From assembly GCF_009914755.1 (NCBI RefSeq), contig NC_060930.1: 64,000 bases of DNA. One strand, 5' to 3'. Shown piece after piece: positions 32,279-46,200 of this stretch (position 1 is the first letter of the stretch; every line of letters begins with the position of its first letter). The position numbers were made by a program, and so were the translations under genes. This DNA is from the human T2T-CHM13v2.0 reference genome, Homo sapiens. Under the pieces are notes generated by a model. That model did no database searches. It saw only the letters and a list, made by a program, of their open reading frames with translations, and was not told the DNA's origin.

Positions 32279-32327
32279 TTAGCTTGATGCAAAAGTAATT
32301 GCAGTTTTCACCATTAGAAGTAATGGC
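32279..32327 (+). mobile_element. MADE1/Hsmar1 half element (one TIR)
   Basis: ta|ttagcttgatgcaaaagtaattgcagttttcaccatt versus mariner TIR TTAGGTTGGTGCAAAAGTAATTGCGGTTTTTGCCATT. Confidence 0.85.
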
Positions 32328-33051
32328 TCTTTAAATTGTTGCCATGTTATAATACTTAATATAAGCAAACAAAGCAAATTATAACAAAAAATATAAACAA
32401 TTTCATTTATATACATTTAGTAAATTGAAGAACTATATAAATTTATGTATTTATTATTACAAATTAAATTTATAAATATTAAGTCTCATATTTTGATTTT
32501 TTTATTAAAAAGTATTCTTTTAAACTTAATTAAACATCTATTTTCATGCTTTATTTAATTCTAGGAGGAATAACAGAGACCTGGTTTTCTATTTTTGTCT
32601 CTGAAAGGAATTCTTTATTACTTTCCTCCAACATCAGCTATACCTGTCTGAGATAATAAAGTTTATTATTAAAATAAATAGTGTTCTTCCTGAGATCACT
32701 TGCTTTCTAAAATTTTTTTCTCTGCTGCCTTTATCTTGAGGAAAAAAATGTTTTCATTCTAAATCCCAATAGATCTTTCTCTTGCATAAACATCTACATC
32801 AATGCCTCAGTGATTCCCCTGGTGCCCTGATAATAGTACTCAGTTTCGGGGCAGGCATCAAAATGAGGAGAGAACTACTTTTGCAGTATTTGATACCATT
32901 TTCCTTACACTCAGCTACAATAAATAGCCTCTCAGATTTTTTTGAGATTTTTACATTGAATAAGTTTACACAAAGACTATCTTACATGTTTTTGGATCCT
33001 AACACCTTTCCATTCATTTGAATTGTTTTGATGTTTAAAAATCATGATGAC

Positions 33052-33269
33052 CAGTATTGTCCAATAGCATAAATACAAGTGACATCTGGCCACTTAATTT
33101 AAACTTAAATTAAACAATATTAACTAAAGATTAATAATTGCTTCCTTGATCATACCAGGCACATTTGAGATGCCCAGTAGCTACATGTGGCTAATATAGC
33201 TACATGCATTAATAAACAACACAGATACAGAATTTACTTCACTGCAGACAGTTCTACTGAGCAGCACTG
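33052..33269 (-). mobile_element. MER3 hAT-Charlie MITE
   Basis: tgtccaata...cacatttgagatgcccagtagctacatgtggcta...cagttctactgagcagcactg. Confidence 0.8.
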
Positions 33270-36200
33270 ATACCAGTTAAGTGTGAATATGGAGTGCAAA
33301 TCCTCCCTTTGGCATCTCACTACAGTTATGTAACTCAGATTTAATTTTCAATAACATAATTTTTTTAGTACTCTCATAATGGGAAAAACAAAAGTGATGG
33401 TAATGATAGCAAAAAAAACTCCAAATGCAAGGAGAATCACGTATTTAATTGACTTCTTTCTCACTAGTTTTATGTGTGTGTTCTTCCTGCAAATTTGAGA
33501 ATGTTCTACCAGTCTCCCAGCTTTATCAACCAAAGTTGTTATGACTGGCCTTTGCACACCAGTCACAGGACTCAATCTCCATTCCATGATTTTTAAATGT
33601 AAGTTCAGTTCCTATTTGTCTTCAACTTGCCTCTGTATGAAATCCTCATCCACTGGACTGACTATCCCAATCTCAATGCCTAAGGTAAAACATTGAAAAA
33701 TTTCACAAGGAAGTCATGTTAAAGGAATGAGATGAATTGAGGTATCTTTGGAAATTATGTGTGGTTCTAATTCTTTTTTATCTCCTCCATATGGTAATGT
33801 GTGAGTTTGAAGCAGTTTTTGTATTGCTCAATGTCAGGCTGTCAGCTGTAACTTCTCAATGCCATCAGAATGTATTTAACAGCTGCCCCTCCCTACCTCC
33901 TCCAACTACTGGTTTGTGATTTCTAATCTGCAATAAGATAGAAAACAGATAAACCAGCTTTTTAAGATTTAGAGTCCAACAGAGCTCAGAGAGAGGGCTT
34001 GAGGGTCTCTTAATTTCAGAGATTCTGTGGTTCTGTTTAAGTTGCTCTGAGGCTGTGTACATTTGCACGTGTTCTATTATCTTTCAGAGTGTTTAAGGTG
34101 ATGGGTATCTGACCTGGAGTCCAACTGGTACTTTACATGATATCCAAGTAAGAGCCTTAGAAAATAAAGTATGCTTAAATTCAGCAAGTTTGTTAGATCT
34201 TGTTCTTTAAAAAAATTACTCCAAAATCCCAGATGCTCTCAGTTATCAACAGAAGCTTAGAAGGATTATTAGTAATACTCCTTTATCATATGTGACTTCA
34301 CTTTCAATTCCATATTCCCTTTAGGTTTGCAATGAAACCTCACGACAAATGCAAAACTGGCATTTACAGATGTATGAACACTCAACTTCAAATAGACTCC
34401 ATTGTCCAAAGTCAAACACTTAACTAAAGAATGAAACTTTAATTCCAAACCAGATTTTTGGTAGATTAGGACTTGTATAGTTTTACAGTCTCAATTTGTT
34501 CCAGGATAAAACCCTAGGAGAATCAGAGTGATTTTATCATGAAGCCACATTTTATAGGACTGAATAGTCTAGATAAATGAAGTTTGTTCCATCGGGTGCT
34601 GATGATTCATTTTCACTTTTTTTTGTTTGTTTTGATAGAAATTCTTCCAAAAAGCACAGAGTACATTTTACTTCCTTCCCTAACAGAGGACACAGCACAT
34701 AATGTAGTCGTTTTCTTCATGACTCATCACCATCATTATGTACCTCCATTCTTGTTCTGTGCTAAAACCACAGCACATTCTGCATATGCTTGGGAGTTTC
34801 TGTATCCCTCAATGTCAGACTGCCAGCTCCAACTTCTCAATGCTGTCAGAATACCTCTAACCACCCCCATTCACTACCTCCTCCCACATCTAGTTTGTTG
34901 CTTTTAATCTAACTGCAACTTCTAATCTACAGTAAACTAGAAAAATAGATAACCTATCTTTTTAAGATTTGCATTCCAAATAAAGCTCAAAATGGGATCC
35001 AGATGGCCTGCCTTAATTTCAGGGGTTCTGTAGCTACATTGATGTTGTTCAAATATTTTAATATGTTTCACTGTCTTCTAGAAAATTTAGAATGATGGGA
35101 ATCTGACATGAATTAAAATACAGGTGATTTTAAATGTCTCATGCAATGTGTCTGCAGGTACACCACACAAAGATTTGTAAAAATATTTTAAATTCATTTT
35201 GTTGTGGTTATTATATTGAATATTATAAGGTAAAGCATTTTACATTTAGTTTACCAGTAAACCAGTTAAAGCAACATGATTTAATTAACCTCATCTTCTG
35301 AAATTTAAAATGAATAAAATACCTCTTAGGAGTAATATACTTGTTCTGTAATTTAAATTATATTTTAGTTGAATAAATCCTCTCACATGAATTTGCTCTT
35401 CAAAGTAAATGTGCTTTCAGATGACCTATGGATTAAGTCCTTTGGGAACATTTCACACCAAATTGTCTTTCCCATAGTTTGGCAAAAATTTGAAATGTTA
35501 AAAAACACTTAACTAAAGAATGAAGCTTGAAGTTCATATTCTAAAATATAAGTTTTCTGCTTTTTTCACTTTTATTATACTACCTAATTAAAACTAACAT
35601 TTACCTCGCTGTGAAAATTCACATGTTAATGAAGTGCTATATATTCCATTTTGAAGAGATAATCACTGCTAACAATATTATCATAATATCAGATTTTTAT
35701 AAATAGAAATTTAAACAGAAATGCTTCTGACTACAATTATAATTTTCTATTTATCTTTATCTATTGCTTAAGAATAGGAGAAAAAATTCACATATGCTTA
35801 TTTATTTATTTAAAAGGAATGACTTCTCATTTGAATTGAAGGAGCAAAATCTTTGAGCAGAACTGTGTCATTTTTCACATCAGAAGCTTAGGTAAATCTT
35901 TCTTTGTTTTGAACCATGATCTCTCTCTTCAAGCTGACAAAATGAAATTCATGTGCCTGGATTGAGAAGTTTACCCCAGAAAGTATTATCCAGGTATAAG
36001 ACTTGATTGCCTAGCGTATGTTATACAATGTGAGCTAATGGCCGGCACCCTCATCGTAAGGAAGCAACTGGAGAATGGCCATAAGGGGGACACATATTGA
36101 AGGGCATTTTTACCTTGACCTCACGGCTGGCCTCCAAATTAATGTCTGTAATTCTCTCTATGCAGGCAAAATGACACATTAAAAACAAACACAATCTGCT

Positions 36201-37229
36201 AATTAGTAGGAAAAAGTAAAGAGGATAGAGAGGAAGAAGTGCCTAGCAAAGATTGTCCTCATTTCCTCTATCCTTTCACTAAGAGGTGACCATTTCACTA
36301 AGTAGTTTTGCATGTGAAGACCAAGACTTCATTTCCAGAAAAAAAATGTTTAGATTTATTACCATCATACATATGTGGTCATCGATCAATTTTGAAAGCA
36401 TGTATAAACAGATCGTTTGAATCAAGCTCAAAGTAAGTATTTGGTATTATCTTAGTATTTAGGGAGGGGGACTTAATGGAATTTTTTTTCCATCACTCCT
36501 ACATATAAGGGCTCAGATTTAGGAAATTACTTTTATGTACTACATGTGGTGGGGTCTTCCTCTTTCTAGGAGCACATAACTGCACGATTCTGAAAATATT
36601 AACATTAGACCATCAACTCAGGCTCAAATTTAAGAATACTCCTGGCTATAGCTGATAAGGAAGGAAGAATATGTTGGGCTTTCTTTTATCGTGTTGTTTA
36701 GTCACACAAAAAAGAAAAAAAAGACTCTTTAAAATAAATTTTATAACAACTTAACCCAAATACAATTCTATCATAAAAACTGGCTGAAATGCGTCACAAG
36801 AATATACTAAATAAAATCCAGCATTAAATAATAGTATACACATATGTTTTACAAGTGTTAATGAACTTAACAATCACTTATAAATTATTTTGGATTACAT
36901 TGGTAAAACCTGTATCAGTGATTTTCTATTAAGATGTTCAATGCAACAATTTTTAAAATGACTTTCCAAAGGTTGATAGCAAGAGCATATAGTTAGAACC
37001 ATAGAATACAATCAAAGTCTATTATTCTGGGTAATAAATTGCAAGCTTGGTTTGTATACATTTTTTCAATTGAACAGATTGTAAGAGATGAGAAGCAAAG
37101 ATAGTATGCATGCTCAAAGTCTGGACTATGTTTAATATCTAGAATAAGAATAGCAAATACATAGAGAACTAGGATTTTTTAAGTCTCTTCCCTGTTTTCT
37201 TCCTACACATTGCTAAACTGTCATGGAAT

Positions 37230-40200
37230 TCTATCATATAAACCTAAACAAAGCATTAAATCCTATTGTCTCAAGCTACACAGTGGAAAAAAAATTGCAA
37301 ACCACTGATATGACAAATAACTTATGTTTTAAATATTTAAAGAGTTATGAAAATTCATAAGTTGAAACAATTAGAAAAAAAAGATATGACAGATTAATTA
37401 AACAATGTTTAATACCATTAGCCAGTAAAAGACAGAAAAACACAACCATAATGAGATATCACTAGTGATATGGTTTGACTCTGTGTCCCTACCCAAATCT
37501 CATATTGAATTGCAATTCCCAAAGTTGGGGGTGGGACCTAGTGGGAGTTGATTGGATCATGAGGGTGAATGTTCCCCATGCTGCTCTCAGGATAGTGAGT
37601 TGTCACAAGATTTGATGGTTTGAAAGTGTGTAGCACTTCCTCCTTTGCTCTCTCTCTCTCTCTCTCTCTCCTGCCACCATATGAAGACAGTGCTTGCTTC
37701 CCCTTTGCCTTCTACCATGATTATAAGTTTTTTGAGGTCTCCCCAGTCATACTTCTTTTACAGCCTCTAGAACCGTGAGCCAATTAAATCTTTTTTCCTT
37801 CACAAATTACCCGGTCTCAGATAGTTCTTTCTAGCGCTGTGAGAATAAACTAATACAGAAAATTGATACCAGAGAAGCTAGGCATTGCTATAAAGATACC
37901 TGAAAATGTGGAAGCAAATCTGGAACAAAATAACAGATGTTGTAACAGTTTGGAGGGCTCAAAAGAAGACAGGAGGATTAGGGAAGGTTTGAAACTTCCT
38001 AGAGACTTATTGAATGGTTTTCACCAAAATACTGATATCTGTATGAACAATGAAATTAGGCTGAGGTGGTCTTAGATGGAGATGAGGAACTTATTAGGAA
38101 TTGGAGCAAAGGTTACTCTTGGCCAAGCTTTAGCAAAGAGACTGGCAGCATTAAGCCCCTGCTCCAGAGACCTGTGGAACATTGAACTTTAGAGAGATGA
38201 TTTAGGGTATCTGGCAGAAGAAATTTTGTACAGCAAAGCATTCAAGATGTGACCTGCTGCTTCTAACAGTGTACAATCATATGCATGAACCAAGACATTA
38301 TCTGAAACTGGAACTTATATTTAAAAGAAAAGCACAGCATAAAAGTTTGAAAAATTTGCAGCCTGTCTATGTGGTAGAAAAGAAAAGAAAACATTTTCTG
38401 GGAAGAAATTCAAGCTGGCTGCAGAAACTTACATAAGGACCCAAATGTTAATGACCAAGATACAGGGAAAATGATTCCAAGGTATTGTGGAGACCTTTGC
38501 AGTAGCCCCTCCCATCACAGGCATGGAGGCCTAGGAGGGAAAAATGATTTCATGGACCAGGCTCAGGGCCCCACTGCTCTGTGCAGCCTCAGGTCATGGT
38601 GCCCTACATCCCAGCTGGTCTAGCTCCAGCCATGGCTAAAAGGGGCCAAGGTACAGCTCAAGCCATTTCTTCAGATGGTGCAAGTCCCAAGTTTTGGTAG
38701 CTTTCATGTGGTTTGGGTCTGCAGGGGTGCCGAAAGCAAGACTTGAGGTTTGGGAGTCTATGCCTAGATTTCAGAGAGTGTATGGAAGTGCCTGGATATA
38801 CAGGCAGAAGTCTGCTGCCCAGGTGCAGACCTCATGGAGAACTCTACTAGGGCCATGTGGAGGGAAAATGTGGGGTCGAAGCCCACACACAGAGTCCCCA
38901 CTGCGGAACTACCTAGTGGAGCTGTGAGAAGAGGGCCATTGTTCTCCAGACTCAAGAATTGTAGATCCACTGACAACTTGTACCACATACCTATAAAAGT
39001 TGCAGGCACTCAATGCCAGCCTGTTAAAGCAATCATGGGGGCTGCACCACACAGATCCACCAAAGTAGAGCTTCCCAAGGCATTAGGAGCCTATCCCATG
39101 CATCAGTGTGCCCTGCATGTGAGACATGGAATCGAAGGAGGTAATTTGGGAGCTTTAAGATTTAATGACTGCGCTGTTGTATTTCAGACCTGCAAAGGGT
39201 ATGTAGCTCTTTGTTTTGGCCAATTTATCCCATCTGGAATGGAGGCATTTACCTCCAATGTCTGTAACTCCATTGTATCTTGGAAGTAACTAACTTGTTT
39301 TTTATTTTACAGGCTCATAGGTGGAAGAGACTTGCCTTGTCTCAGATGAGACTTTGGGCTTGAATTTTCGGGTTAATGCTGAAATTAGTTAAGACATTAG
39401 GGGACTGTTGGGAAGGCAAATGCTGAAATTAGTTAAGACATTAGGGGACTGTTGGGAAGGCATTATTGTGTTTCAAAATGTGAGAGGGACATGATATTTG
39501 GGAGGGGCCAGGGGAAGAATGATATGGTTTGGCTCTTTGTCCCCACCCAAATCTCATGTTGAATGGTAATTCCCAATAAGAGGTAATTGGATCATGAGGG
39601 CAGATTTTCCTCATGCTGTTCCCATGATACCGAATGAATTCTCATGAGATCTGATAGTTTGAAAGTGTATAGCACTTACACGTTCTCCCTCTCTCTCTCT
39701 CACTCTGTCTCTCTCGTTGTCATGTGAAGACAGTGCTTGCTTCCCCTTTTCCTTCTGCCATAATTGGAAGTTTTCTGAAGCCTCCCAAGCCATGCTTTCT
39801 GTACATCCAGCAGAACTGTGAGTCAATTAAACCTTTTTTCTTCATAAATTACCCAGTCTCAGGTAGTTCTTTAAAGCAGTGTGAGAAGGAACGAATACAA
39901 CTAGTCATCTATAAGAATACCAAAAGTTTTAAAAAATAGTAATATCACTTAGGAAATGATGTCAAAATTGCAAAGAAACAACTACTAATATACTTTGGTT
40001 AAGAATGTAAAATAATACAGCCTCTGGGAAAGAGTATGGAAGTTTCTTACACAAGTAACAGTGTGGATTTCATACAATACAGTGATTGTATATTTAGCCC
40101 AGAGAAATGAAATGTATGATCATAAAAAAAAGTAACAGAATGTTTACAGCAGCTTCATTTATACTATCCAAAAACTGAAGACAACCCAAACCTACCATAT

Positions 40201-40765
40201 TAAAATAATTTTTAAAAATTGTGGCACATTTATACCAAGCAATATGACTCAAAAATAAAAAGGAATGTATCATTGAGGGACATAAAAACATAAATGGATC
40301 TCAAGGAAATGATACCTGAAAAAAGTCAACCTCAGAAGGCTACATTTATATAATATTCTTGAAATGAAAAAATTATAGAGATGGAGAAGAGATGAGTGGT
40401 TACCAGGGTTAGGAAATTAGGAGGTGGCCATGGTTACAAAAGGGTAGCATAAGAGATTATTGTAAGAGAACTGTCTTGTATTTTGACTGTGATGGCAGTG
40501 ACACAAATCTACACGTGATAAAATTGCACAGAACTAAATACCCACACATACACACACAAGTGCAAATTAAACTGGTGAAGTCTGAATATGTTTGGTGAAT
40601 TATATCAATGCCAATTTCCTGGTTGTGATATTGTACTATTTGGTTCCAAAAAATGTTACTGTTGGGGAAAATTGCGTAAAGGGCATTTTGCATTTTTCTG
40701 TATTGTTTCTTACAACTGCATGTGAATCTACAATTATCTCGAAATTGAAAGTAATAAAAAATTAA
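37230..40765 (+). mobile_element. L1MC1/2-like 3' portion, split by the MST provirus
   Basis: ataatgagatatcacta before the insertion; after it gataaaattgcacagaactaaatac, ttcctggttgtgatattgtactat, tacaactgcatgtgaatctacaattatctc. Confidence 0.8.
37466..39899 (+). mobile_element. Full-length MSTA/THE1D-like MaLR provirus (LTR 37466-37857, internal, LTR 39520-39899)
   Basis: Both LTRs run TGATATGGTTT...AATACA; internal region is homologous to the THE1 internal at 26-27.5 kb; perfect TSD actag at 37461-37465 and 39900-39904. Confidence 0.92.
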
Positions 40766-42260
40766 ATAAATAAGGTTTTGTGACCCAGAATTATAGGTTA
40801 TTTCAACCAATTAACCAGAGTTAGTGCTAAAGATAAAACTACAATCTAGTGGCGGGGACAAATCAAAGAGAGGCAGATAAATTTTTAGTCCATGTGCATA
40901 ATGCTAACGGTTTAAGAGTTTGCATTTTTTTACTTTGATACTGAGGAAAGTACCTTTAAAAATTGGTGAGAAACTTTCCTTACCAATTAGGTATCAGTAA
41001 GTGAAACAGCTAAGCCTTTCAATACATACATTTTTCGATTATTAAGTGTATAAAATGGAAACAACAATACCTACAGCATGGTGTTGTCATGGGTATCATA
41101 GAAAATATATAATATAAAACATATAAACAAAGACACCCATATTAAAAAAATTAATAAAGTTTTTATTTTCATTATTTATATCACAGCCACAAGGCATAAA
41201 GGAGATCTAATGATTGGATGTATGAATTAGGCACTAATACACCCAGTTACAAAGAGGACACAAAGCAAAGTAGGTAAAAGAAGAAACCCAGTAACTAGAG
41301 TATAGGGCAAGGGAAGCACAGCATTAAAGAGAATAAATTTTGAATCCAGGAAAAAAGAAATCCAATATAATGACAGCAATACCAAAACCAGATCATCAAG
41401 ATTGGCCTGTTAAAACACCGAGATATATATTTGTTGGTTTTATCTTTCTCTATCTATGACAAAAACAGATTTCCAAGTGTTGGTCAAGCCTGAACATAGA
41501 TTGATATTAAAGTTTCTAACATAGAACATCAGAGAAAACACAGTTTAAAGGAGGTAATAAATTGTCATAGATTTCTTTGTGCAAAAACAGGTATGGTAAA
41601 ATGTTAGTATAACTTTGATGTCAAAGAATAAAAGTAACATCCAATATAAGCTTTCCATGTATAATGAGAATGCAATATGATATGGATTATAAATGAAGGT
41701 AACTATATTTATAACAGAAATTTATTGATGTTTATCATTTTATATATGCCTTCATTAAGGATGTGTTTGCTATAATTTTTAGATATATATTTTTAAATTA
41801 TAAATGTATTGGAATTTATATGAAGATACTGAATTGTCTTCCATTGTTTCTCAAGTTACAACAAGAATGAAATTGGTTAAGGAAATATAAAGACATATGC
41901 ACTGGAATTTACATGTCTGGAACTTCAACTTCCCTTCGTTCTTACCAGACTTTTAATAAGACCAAAGTTTTTTCTAGTTTTGGCTAAGAAGCCTAAAAAT
42001 GAAGTTCATTTAATTCATTACAAAATTACGATGCTAGAATAATTATCCCTACACGAAGAACCTTTTATTCAAATCCTCCCTAAATTAATACTTGATTTTG
42101 TTTATTTATTCATCTATTTTGTGTTAAATATAATACAACATGAGGAAACATTATGAAAGTCTCTTTATTTAAGATGGGACTATCAAATAGCACAACAAAG
42201 CATTGTATTTCCTTCTTGACCTCTTATTCAAGAGTAAGATTTTATTACAGTATCATTCCT

Positions 42261-42370
42261 TGTGCATATATATACATATGTGTGTGTATATATATGTCTG
42301 TATATATATGTGTCTGTATATATACATATATATGTGTCTGTGTGTATGTGTATATATATATATGTATGTA
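42261..42370. repeat. (TA)n/(TG)n compound microsatellite
   Basis: Read directly. Confidence 0.9.
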
Positions 42371-42760
42371 TTTACTTTTGGAAAATAAACAGATGTGACA
42401 GCAAGTTCTCTCCTCTGAACTCATCTTGATACCTCTAATTATTACTTGCTTGCCAATCACTGGCTCAAGGGAAACATAATATGCCATTCGATGTTTGATA
42501 TGCATTCTGTCATACAGTAAGTATACCCCATGTTCAGGAAAAGTCTCCTCTTGACTAAAGTGTTGAAAAAATAAAAATTTGGAAGCTGGTCAGTTTCTGC
42601 ATTTGGAAAACTACAGGGATTTTGGCAACAATTGATATGAGCTAGTTCCTCTGATATGTTATATTAGACAATCTTTGAGATGTCTTTGTTCTTGCTTTGT
42701 GTTCAGCAAATTCTCCAGCCCTACTTATTTTTATTTACATTTGACATGGGATACAGGAAA

Positions 42761-43283
42761 TATTTTATTTATTTTGTTGTACTTGATACGTAATACTTGC
42801 AGATATTTATGGGATTCAGTGTAATGTTTTGATACAAATATACATTGTTTAATAATCATATCATTGTATTAAGCATATCCATCACCTCAAAATTTATTTA
42901 TTCTTTGTGGATAGAACCTTCAAAATCCCCTCTTCTAGTTATTTTGAAATACCCATGATAATATTGTTTACTATAGTCATCTTATTGTGATATAGAACAC
43001 AGAATTTTTTTCCTCCTATCTAACTATAATTTTCACCAATCTCTTACTATCATTCCTTCTTTACAGCCCACTTCAACTTCAGTTAGCCATTATTCTATTC
43101 TATGCTTCTATGAGATCCGGTTGTTTAAATTCCAAAAATGACTGAGATCATGTGGTATTCCTTTTATGTCTAGCTTTTTTCACTGAACATCATGACCTTG
43201 TAGTTTATCCATGCAGCAACAAATGACAGGATTTCACTTTTTTATGGCTGGGTAGTATTTTATGGTGTATATATACCACATTT
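42761..43283 (-). mobile_element. L1MA4-like 3' end
   Basis: catatccatcacctcaaaattt, tcttctagttattttgaaata, caaatgacaggatttcac, ggtgtatatataccacattt. Confidence 0.85.
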
Positions 43284-46200
43284 ATACTGTGGCTCAAATC
43301 ACTCCAAATTATGAATATTTAGGGTTTTCTTTGATACGTTTCACTCACTACAAGAATGAGTGGGTCCTTTGTAAGTCTCTTTTCCCCAATGCCAATTTAT
43401 GTATTTTGAAATATTTCATAGGGAAATACTTGTATTACTTAAGAAATTATGCATACTCAGTGATTAAAATTAGAAATAAAAAGATACAAAAATTTACATT
43501 GATGAAAAAAGTTGCTGTTTTCTTATATTCTTTTCTTAAATACTTCATTAACATTGTTCTGCTATATTTATTATATTTTCAATTAGATTTCATATTGGTA
43601 AATTATTTTAAATAGCCACTTTATTGTGTTTTTTGATACAAAGCATTCAAGAAGGATATCCACAGATGTTACCACTGTTGTGAGTTCACAGTCTTTGGAA
43701 TGTTTTTCTGAAATAAGAAAACCAGGGCCTAGGGGAGGAGATTTGCCAATTCTGTGGGCCTTGCCTCAGGACAGTACATCTGCCAGGAAACTGAAAATCT
43801 CATATACCCTGTCAGGGAGTGGAACTTTTAGATGCTGTTTCAGAAAAAAAGGAAGAAAAAGTATAGTATAGCTGCATAATTCTTCTATTTTTTTCTTATT
43901 ATTAACAATTGGGTTTAAAATGTATGTCAGATAAGTAAAATTTATATCTCAGTTTTTAAAAACACATGATAGAAAAGTTTTCTTCATCCATTACAGGTTA
44001 TTAAATTCAAAAGGCATAGTTTCTATAGTCCTCCTTAAATGTTTCTTTGTTATGCATTGTATTTTACTTTGTAGGTTGCTCTTTTGCTTTTCCAAATTGT
44101 CAGTTCCTTTCCATTTCATAGGTCATTGCCATTTCAACCTGTTAATTTGTTACTATTAAAGGTTTTTGGACATAAGATTATATAAGAATAACCAATTTAT
44201 GGTAAAATTGGAATTTAACATTAAGAAAATAATTTTAAAATATTAAAGAAGTGCTAAAAATACAACTTTGAATAGATCCCACAGGAATCTTTTCAAATAT
44301 TACCTCATTAATCAGTGACTGGTTGAACAAGTAATATTAAATATAACAGAAATAAACTGATAAATGACACCTTTATTTAGAACTAAATATCATTTATCCT
44401 GAACTTTATTATATTATTGTTTATAGTAAGAAAGCTGTTTAGAGATGTTATATTTTTTAATTTAAAAAGAAAACAAAACAAACCAATGCAGTCACCAAAG
44501 CTGTCTAGTTTACTCCCATTTAGTTTCTACTTTAGAAAAATGCAGTAAACTATTCAACCAGTCAATTAACAGTTATTGAATTTTTATGCTGCGTAATGAA
44601 ACCTCTCAGGCATCTTACACTACAGAAGGAGGAATAAGAAATAGATATAATGAGGTGTGAGATAAATTAAGATAGAAAATATTAAAGGTCTTAAACTGAT
44701 ATGATTCTAGCAGAATGCAAAATAGGAAAAAGACTTTTACTATGTAAAACTGTGAGAAAAGATATCATAAGTCAAAATTTATATCATATATTTCTGAAAA
44801 AGATAAATAATACATATATGTTGAATTAAAGAAGATACAAATCTGGGCTGAGGAAATAGTACAAAAAATGGTACAGAGACATGAAAGTTTTAGGAAATAA
44901 TGGTAGGGTATAGATTGGATGATACAGGATTATAAAGATATAATAATTTCATATTTTACAAGCTGAAGGGCTAGGAGGAGGATGTTACAATTAACTAAAA
45001 TAGGAAACAAAGGAGGAGAACAAGCATCTGAAGGAAATGAATGACTCATACTTTCCATTACACTGAATAAGATAATGATTTTTATTTTCTATTCAGCCCC
45101 AGACAATTTATGCACATACACATGACTATATGGCTATGTCTAAAATGTGCATTTATGATGAGTGCCATTTTCTTTCATCTTATAAAACAGCAAGTGCAGT
45201 TAACAATTTAGCCAAAATAAACACTGAGAATTTTCTTTGATCTTTCCTTTCTGAGTCTGAATAAAAAATTATAATCTTTTATTGAGAATACTAAATTTTT
45301 CAATTTTTTCTCATATTCTACTCATCTTTTCTCATATTCTACTCATCTTTTGTCAACCAGCCTGCACAAACAGACCATGATAGAAAGAGCCAACGTATAA
45401 TAATCCTTTACACAGTATGTGAAATTCTGCTATTTTGCTATCATTTTATCTGAAAATGCAGATAGAATGCTATGCTATTTACCTGTTTAAACATTTGAAT
45501 ATAAGAATATAACAGATGTAAGAAATAAATTCAAATTAGATAATGTTTTCTCCATAATTGAATTGTTATTTTTTAAAAGTATGCAATAAATAATTAGAAC
45601 CTAAACATTTTGTGACAGTTGGGCATATGAGTGGGAGATTCTTTTCTTGAATAGCTGTTGTCCTACAGAAGTGAGAATGATCACCTTTCTTTTTATTATT
45701 TAACCCTGTGGTGAGTCTAGGGCATTAATCCCTTGAATCGTACTGTTTTTTTTTTTTCATTGATGCATTAAGAATTATTAAGAACAAGGCAGGAATAGAT
45801 ATGTGAGTTTCACAAATGGTAAACATAAATGTGTCCAAGAGATAGAGGAACATCTAATAACATAGGATAGGATAAAGTAGCTCTGCCATCAAATTCACTT
45901 AAGTCAGCCTGCTAGCTTCATTATATTATGAAGTGTGAATTTGAGAAAATTTGTAAACCTTCCCATGCCTTGTTTGCCTTACATATTAAGCAGGATAATA
46001 ATATCTATCACACACTATTATTGGTAGAATTAGAGATATTATGTATAAAATTGTTTTTAGTTAATTCAGAGCAGATTTTCAGAACCTGAACCCATCAAGG
46101 ATAGAAAACTCAATGTTCTAATCACATAAACCCTCTAAATAGTAACAACATTAAAAATGAAAATGCAAGACAGGAAAAAAATGAGCATATTAGAATTAAT

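Noticed and set aside
32279-32327. Possible miR-548 gene (also 48260)
   Set aside because: Only one arm is present, so no full pre-miRNA hairpin can form.
36339-36432. Possible exon (ttccAG ... aaa|GTAAGT)
   Set aside because: Weak acceptor and no supporting evidence.
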